From Archaeoglobus fulgidus DSM 4304 (lineage in GTDB: Archaea > Halobacteriota > Archaeoglobi > Archaeoglobales > Archaeoglobaceae), in NCBI RefSeq assembly GCF_000008665.1, contig NC_000917.1, positions 240,001 to 272,000 of the forward strand: a stretch of DNA of 32,000 nt, in the 5' to 3' direction. Shown here piece after piece: positions 27,237 to 32,000 of this stretch (its first letter is position 1; each line of letters starts with the position of its first letter). Position numbers and translations under genes: made by a program. Below the pieces are notes generated by a model, which saw only the letters and a list, made by a program, of their open reading frames with translations, was not told where the DNA came from and searched no databases.

Positions 27237-27995
27237 ATGTTTGGCTATCTGAAATACAGGGATGTAATTTTAACCCTCACGAAGTACGAATTCAAGCAGA
27301 GATATAGAGGAACTGTCTTTGGTGTTGCTTGGAGCCTTGTGGTTCCTTTTTTGATGGCTTTGGTTTTGTATGCTATATTCAGTCAGCTTTTGCACAGAAC
27401 AGAGTACAGAATATTGTATCTGATTGTCGGTATTTTCTTTTACCGCTATTTTAGCATGGGAACATCCATCGGACTTAATGCTGTAACTGGAAAAGCTCAT
27501 CTGGTTACGAAAACGACCATTCCAAGGGAGATTTTGCCTTTGACGACGACACTGGCTTATGGACTAAGCTCTTTTATCGAGATGGTAATACTTTTGCCGG
27601 GTATAATACACTTTGGAGGTGATATCAGTTACTTCTTCTTGCTTGTCTTGCTCCACCCAATATACGTTCTTCTAGTATTTGGGTTGAATTTATCGCTCTC
27701 AGCTATTGAAGTTTACTTCAGAGACCTAAAAGAAATCTGGAGTGTTGTTACGCAGCTAATGTTTTTCATGCTTCCCATAATTTATCCCATAGATATAATC
27801 CCCGTGAATCTTCTGCCATACTATATGCTCAACCCCCTCGTTAGGTTGCTCAACGCGTACAGGGATGTTATGATTTACGGAAAACTCCCGGATTTGTTTG
27901 ATATGATTTACGTTCTGCTGGTGACCTTCGGTATATTGCTTATCGGCCACGCAATATTTAAAAAACTGGAAAAAGGATTTGTTGAAAGATTATGA
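27237..27995 (+). CDS. ABC-2 type polysaccharide/O-antigen export permease (Wzm-like)
   Basis: FKQRYRGTVFGVAWSLVVPFLMALVLYAIFSQL, SAIEVYFRDLKEIWSVVTQLMFFMLPIIYPI, LNPLVRLLNAYRDVMIYG. Confidence 0.9.
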   Translation: MFGYLKYRDVILTLTKYEFKQRYRGTVFGVAWSLVVPFLMALVLYAIFSQLLHRTEYRILYLIVGIFFYRYFSMGTSIGLNAVTGKAHLVTKTTIPREILPLTTTLAYGLSSFIEMVILLPGIIHFGGDISYFFLLVLLHPIYVLLVFGLNLSLSAIEVYFRDLKEIWSVVTQLMFFMLPIIYPIDIIPVNLLPYYMLNPLVRLLNAYRDVMIYGKLPDLFDMIYVLLVTFGILLIGHAIFKKLEKGFVERL

Positions 27996-28723
27996 CTGCT
28001 GTTAAGGTAGAGGGAGTTTCGAAGAAATTCAGAATACCTGTTGAAAGGGCGGATACACTTTTTGAAAGAATTGTGTCAGCTTTCTCCGGTGGCTTGAAGT
28101 ACAGAGAGTTCTGGGCATTGAAAGATGTATCTTTTGAAGTTGAGAAGGGAGAAATTTTTGGAATAATCGGCCCGAATGGGGGAGGGAAGACGACTCTTCT
28201 ATCAATAATTGCAGGTATAATGCACCCGGACAGTGGAAGTGTTGAAGTAAACGGCAAAGTCGTTCCCATTTTGGGTTTAGGAGTCGGATTCAATCCTGAA
28301 CTTCCGGTAAGGGACAACATAATCATCTACGGAACGATTATGGGCTTGAAGAGGCAAGAGATTGAGAGAAAATATGAGGAGATAATCGAGTTCGCAGAAC
28401 TCGAAGATTTCAGGAATGCCAAGCTGAAGAATCTATCCTCGGGAATGAAAGCGAGACTCGCATTCGCAACCGTTATCAACACTAATCCGGACGTTCTCAT
28501 AGTTGATGAGGTGCTCGCTGTGGGGGATGTCAATTTCAAGAAAAAGTGCTACAAAAGGCTCAGAGAGATGAATGAAGATGGTGTCACAATTCTTTTGGTG
28601 AGTCATTCTCCCTCCATGATAAAGGGCTGGTGCCACCAAGCGATGCTTCTGAAAAAGAGTGTGGTGGCTATTGGTGAACCGAGTGATGTGGTTAAGGTTT
28701 ATGAAAAGATGAACGCTAAGTGA
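27992..28723 (+). CDS. Polysaccharide-type ABC transporter ATP-binding protein (Wzt-like)
   Basis: GIIGPNGGGKTTLLSIIAGIMHPDSGSVEVNG, LSSGMKARLAFATVINTNPDVLIVDEVLAVGD. Confidence 0.93.
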   Translation: MTAVKVEGVSKKFRIPVERADTLFERIVSAFSGGLKYREFWALKDVSFEVEKGEIFGIIGPNGGGKTTLLSIIAGIMHPDSGSVEVNGKVVPILGLGVGFNPELPVRDNIIIYGTIMGLKRQEIERKYEEIIEFAELEDFRNAKLKNLSSGMKARLAFATVINTNPDVLIVDEVLAVGDVNFKKKCYKRLREMNEDGVTILLVSHSPSMIKGWCHQAMLLKKSVVAIGEPSDVVKVYEKMNAK

Positions 28724-28849
28724 TAATTTTGAGTTGGCACTAAACGAAACTGCCTTTCAGGGCTACAAATTCTATTTCAAAACTCTTGGTTCTAAAACTG
28801 GAATGTTTTCGCTCTCAGCAACCTCAAAGAACTAGTCATTTGCTTACAG

Positions 28850-29107
28850 CGTTTCTTGCCTTCTGCACAAAATTTCGGCATCTTATTCCGTAGTCACCTT
28901 CCTCCTAAGCTCTCCTCAACTTAGAACAATCATTACTTAATCCAAGCTCTTCTCTGCACCCCCAAAACAAGACTTTCCAGAGCTGAGAAGCGTATCCTTT
29001 GCGGCGTGAAACATAGTATGCTGTGCTGCAGCACCTCTCGTAAACTCCTTTTTGGCGTCCTGAACAAGCTTCTCAGCTTTTCTGATTCTCAATTCTAGTT
29101 CATCCAA
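28850..29107 (-). pseudogene. Decayed HEPN-domain gene
   Basis: 28937..29107 reads (TTG)DELELRIRKAEKLVQDAKKEFTRGAAAQHTMFHAAKDTLLSSGKS... like the HEPN N-terminal half. A different frame downstream reads EEGDYGIRCRNFVQKARNAVSK*, like the HEPN C-terminal half. Confidence 0.5.
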
Positions 29108-29394
29108 TCTTTATTCCCTCCTTTTCAATGGAAACAATAAGAGAGAATTCCATTTTTTCATGTTGTCGAAGGTTTTTTGTCTATAATATTTACAGATATC
29201 AACTTTCCAATTTTTGGAATAAAGGAGTATGCTGCTTTCCTTGAACTGTTTCGGCAAACTTTAATCCGTTGACGTACCTCAATAAGGCTTCTTTAGATTT
29301 AGCCAATGTTATAAATTGGAATGCCCCTTAAGGGATTATGAGAAGGTGAAAGAGACAAGTATCTTTAATTATCCAAGAGTAAGCAGTGATTAGT

Positions 29395-30330
29395 ATGAAT
29401 CTGATAATCCATCACTGGGACACTGATGGAATAACCTCAGCCGCTTTGCTAATCAAAGCCCTTGAGCTGGACGAGTTCAGGAACATGAGTCCGCCAATTG
29501 GGGAATTTCGCTTCGATGATAGGATTAGAAAAGCAATCGAACATGCTGAGAGGGTTTACATACTCGATTTAAATCTCCCGTATGATGTTGAGGGCATAGA
29601 GAAGGAGACGGTTTTCATAGACCACCACATCCAGCCAAAAATAAAAAATCCAAGAGTTAGGCAGATAAACCCTTCTCTTGAAGGTAAAGAGAGCCCTTCA
29701 GCGTCTTTTGTCGTTTCTGAATACTTTGATGTGTGGAACACCTGGACAGCCCTTGGTGCTGTTGGAGATGTTGGAGAGAAGGCCTTTAAGATACCCAAAG
29801 TTGTGGAGCTTTTGAATAAAGAGGGTTTAGCACGAGAGGAGGTTTTGAAAGTGATTGAGCTGATAGACTCGAATTACATTGCGATGGACAGAAAAGGCGT
29901 TGAACAGGCGGTTAAGGTTGTATTGGAGAATTCAGAAAAGGACCTCCTCACCCACAAACCCTGGATTAAAAGGGCAAAAGCAGTAGGGGATGCCATTCAG
30001 GATGCCCTTTCAAACGTGGAAGTCAGGGATGGGATAGCATACATAACCTTTGAGAGCCCGTTTAACATAATCTCCAAAGTTGCAAGAAAAGCTGTCTGGG
30101 AGCTTGGCTATGATGGGGCATTAGCTGTGAACGGAAACTTCCACAAAAAAGCTCAAGTGTACTTCAGAGTCTCTCCTGATATCGCTGAAAAGGTCAATAT
30201 GCATAAAATCATTTCTAAACTCAGGGAAAAGGACTTCAATGCGGGTGGTAAAAAGGAGGTTTTGGGTTGTGTTTGTGAGAGGGATAGAGTTGAAGAGGTT
30301 TTGGGGGTTATTGACGGTCATTTAGGTTGA
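29395..30330 (+). CDS. DHH-family phosphoesterase
   Basis: NLIIHHWDTDGITSAALLIKAL, VYILDLNLPYD, TVFIDHHIQ; late glycine-rich FNAGGKKEVLG. Alternative GTG start at 29386. Confidence 0.82.
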   Translation: MNLIIHHWDTDGITSAALLIKALELDEFRNMSPPIGEFRFDDRIRKAIEHAERVYILDLNLPYDVEGIEKETVFIDHHIQPKIKNPRVRQINPSLEGKESPSASFVVSEYFDVWNTWTALGAVGDVGEKAFKIPKVVELLNKEGLAREEVLKVIELIDSNYIAMDRKGVEQAVKVVLENSEKDLLTHKPWIKRAKAVGDAIQDALSNVEVRDGIAYITFESPFNIISKVARKAVWELGYDGALAVNGNFHKKAQVYFRVSPDIAEKVNMHKIISKLREKDFNAGGKKEVLGCVCERDRVEEVLGVIDGHLG

Positions 30331-30365
30331 AATAGGGGAAGGGTTGGTTTTTAACCTTAGCTCAA

Positions 30366-30560
30366 CTAAGTTTTCGAATTTAGACTTTTGACTCCGGGTC
30401 TGCTTATAGAAATCTCAGCCACTTTTATGCCATTTAAATGGATTTCTATTGGCCTCTCTGTGTCAGGAATCACGTTATCTACTCTGAACCTCGCATTCTT
30501 GGCTATTGGGTTGTCTTTGCGTTGCTCTCCGAAATAAGGGGAGGGTAAGACCCATTGCAC
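30366..30560 (-). CDS. Hypothetical small protein, 64 aa
   Basis: MQWVLPSPYFGEQRKDNPIAKNARFRVDNVIPDTERPIEIHLNGIKVAEISISRPGVKSLNSKT; open frame only, overlaps the next ORF. Confidence 0.3.
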   Translation of the reverse strand: MQWVLPSPYFGEQRKDNPIAKNARFRVDNVIPDTERPIEIHLNGIKVAEISISRPGVKSLNSKT

Positions 30561-30847
30561 CTCTTTGATTCCTTCTGCATCTTTACTGTTAGGTTAATCT
30601 CTTTCTTTCTTCTCGGCAGAGCGAGAACACTTACAATCAGCCTTTCATATAACAGATTTGCATTTAGAGTGTCTATTCTGAAGAATTCCAGACCCTCAAG
30701 TGGCGAGTAATTTGCGCTAACCTTCGGAAACACCTTTTCCTTGGCGATTATTCCGCTTCTTCTCATGAAGTAAAGAGCCTTTTGGTACCATAGATTGTTC
30801 TCTCTACTACTCCCCAGCATTTGATCTAACTGTCCGAAGAACTCCAT
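30503..30847 (-). CDS. Hypothetical protein, 114 aa
   Basis: Open frame only; no recognised motif. Confidence 0.35.
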   Translation of the reverse strand: MEFFGQLDQMLGSSRENNLWYQKALYFMRRSGIIAKEKVFPKVSANYSPLEGLEFFRIDTLNANLLYERLIVSVLALPRRKKEINLTVKMQKESKRCNGSYPPLISESNAKTTQ

Positions 30848-30885
30848 TCACTCCTAAATAGACTAAGATATCCAATGAGATCGAG

Positions 30886-31341
30886 TCATTCAATAATAAC
30901 AACATTGATATTTTCCTTAACTTGCTTAAAGTCTTCGTCCAACGTTAAGAAAGCATTGCAGTTGCCTTCGATCGCTGTGGTGATGTGGATCAAATCTCTA
31001 GGGAGCAAATTGTATTTTCTGATCAGCACACTCAGAGTTTCAACTTTTGGATGAGCTAGGGTATCTATGTTCAGACTCGAATACGTGCGGCATACACTTT
31101 CGTGGAGAGTGATGTAATGATCGTGCTTTTCTTTTACAAACTTTCTTACAGCGTTGCGCCCCCTACTTCCGTAGTATTTTTCGGCACTTATAGCTAAAAC
31201 AACGTAAAGAACCTCTCCATAAGATATGGCTGATGTGAAGCGTCTTTTACCAGCTATTAAAGATTTTATAGTCCGCCTTCTTTCTTCGCTACCGAGTAGC
31301 AGTTCTACGATAACGCTTGAATCAAGGTAGACTAAATCCAT
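30886..31341 (-). CDS. vapC: PIN-domain toxin (VapC family)
   Basis: MDLVYLDSSVIVELLLG...SAISYGEVLYVVLA...LLPRDLIHITTAIEGNCNAFLTLDEDFKQV. Confidence 0.88.
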   Translation of the reverse strand: MDLVYLDSSVIVELLLGSEERRRTIKSLIAGKRRFTSAISYGEVLYVVLAISAEKYYGSRGRNAVRKFVKEKHDHYITLHESVCRTYSSLNIDTLAHPKVETLSVLIRKYNLLPRDLIHITTAIEGNCNAFLTLDEDFKQVKENINVVIIE

Positions 31342-31532
31342 ACTTCATCTAGCAGTTCAAGGATTTTCTCTTTAGAAGCTTCCCCTGCTATTTTTTTAAC
31401 ATGCTCATGAATCCTATCAATCTCACTAAAATCTTCTATTAGTATTTTAAACCTGGAACCTTCAGGGAGATCAACCTTTTCGAGAGGCTTGAACATCCCA
31501 TTTTCGTATATTACTTCAATTACTCGGGGCAT
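31332..31532 (-). CDS. DUF104/AF2212-like antitoxin (VapB-type)
   Basis: MPRVIEVIYENGMFKPLEKVDLPEGSRFKILIEDF; 10-nt overlap with the downstream vapC start. Confidence 0.85.
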   Translation of the reverse strand: MPRVIEVIYENGMFKPLEKVDLPEGSRFKILIEDFSEIDRIHEHVKKIAGEASKEKILELLDEVWI

Positions 31533-31737
31533 AGAATTTGATTAATTCAAAAACTTAAATCTCTTTCGTCTCACTTCTCCTTATCACTATTTCATTTTTT
31601 CACCGTTCGAAATGACTCAAGCTCTCTGGAATCGGGCAATGCTATCTACTCTGAACCTTGCTTTTTTGGTACTCTCAAAAGTCCTCTCTCCCCTCGAAAT
31701 CTGATCTAAAAACCCTTTATCCCGAACAGAGCAAAAT

Positions 31738-32000
31738 TCAAAGCAACCTTAGCTTGAGCTCGGAAACATTGGCTATATCCTTAAAATCGCTGTCCTTCGT
31801 TATCAACTCTTCGTTTCTGTTTATGCAGATTGAAGCTATGAGCAAATCTGCGAATGTTTTAGCTTTGCCCAATTTCACGAGTCTGCTCTGAATTTTATGC
31901 GCCAGTACAAAATCTTCGATGTCTGGGAAAAGGATTTTGCCGTAAAATTCTTTGTAAAACACAATCCTCGGATACTCCACAAACGTAACTGCAGTTATGT
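31738..32000 (-). CDS. PIN-domain protein, C-terminal part (runs off the window's right edge)
   Basis: Frame stays open to the edge: ITAVTFVEYPRIVFYKEFYGKILFPDIEDFVLAHKIQSRLVKLGKAKTFADLLIASICINRNEELITKDSDFKDIANVSELKLRLL*; AxxLIA and LITKDSDF are PIN signatures. Confidence 0.7.
   Translation of the reverse strand, partial: ITAVTFVEYPRIVFYKEFYGKILFPDIEDFVLAHKIQSRLVKLGKAKTFADLLIASICINRNEELITKDSDFKDIANVSELKLRLL

Noticed and set aside
1-32000. CRISPR array or defence island
   Set aside because: No regularly spaced short direct repeats were seen, and no cas, restriction or argonaute-like motifs. The in-gene repeats at 14272-15257 are coding.

Overview
The window is dense archaeal chromosome. The gene content looks like Archaeoglobus: a fused inositol-1-P cytidylyltransferase/CDP-alcohol transferase, and a FEN-1 ending in QATLERWF. 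Left to right it contains: a 5'-anchored fragment of an AMP-forming acyl-CoA ligase, tRNA-Asn, IPCT/DIPPS, fen, moaB-like, a 57-aa zinc ribbon, a DMT transporter, a secreted Ntn-hydrolase-like protein, a small DsrE-like gene split by an in-frame amber codon, a 1-Cys type peroxiredoxin whose N-terminus is frameshifted, a ferredoxin/CCG (HdrB-like) fusion plus DUF1641, a divergent four-gene dye-linked (proline/sarcosine-type) dehydrogenase operon, a PGF-CTERM surface protein with four Cys-bearing repeats, a CobT-like protein, a PAS sensor without an ATPase domain, an ISA1214-like IS with a 12-bp target duplication, a TRAM protein, an HTH regulator, a UPF0212-like protein, a thiolase/DUF35/HBD-ECH/EtfBA operon, an APS kinase with a C-terminal frameshift beside a polysaccharide-type ABC exporter, a decayed HEPN gene, a DHH phosphoesterase, a VapBC pair and a partial PIN gene. 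I found no CRISPR array and no clearly new multi-gene defence system. The best leads are the three reading-frame disruptions that can be repaired by one base, the sensor protein that seems to lack both the phospho-acceptor His and the HATPase domain, the Cys-rich surface repeats, the divergent redox locus, and APS kinase next to a glycan-type exporter.
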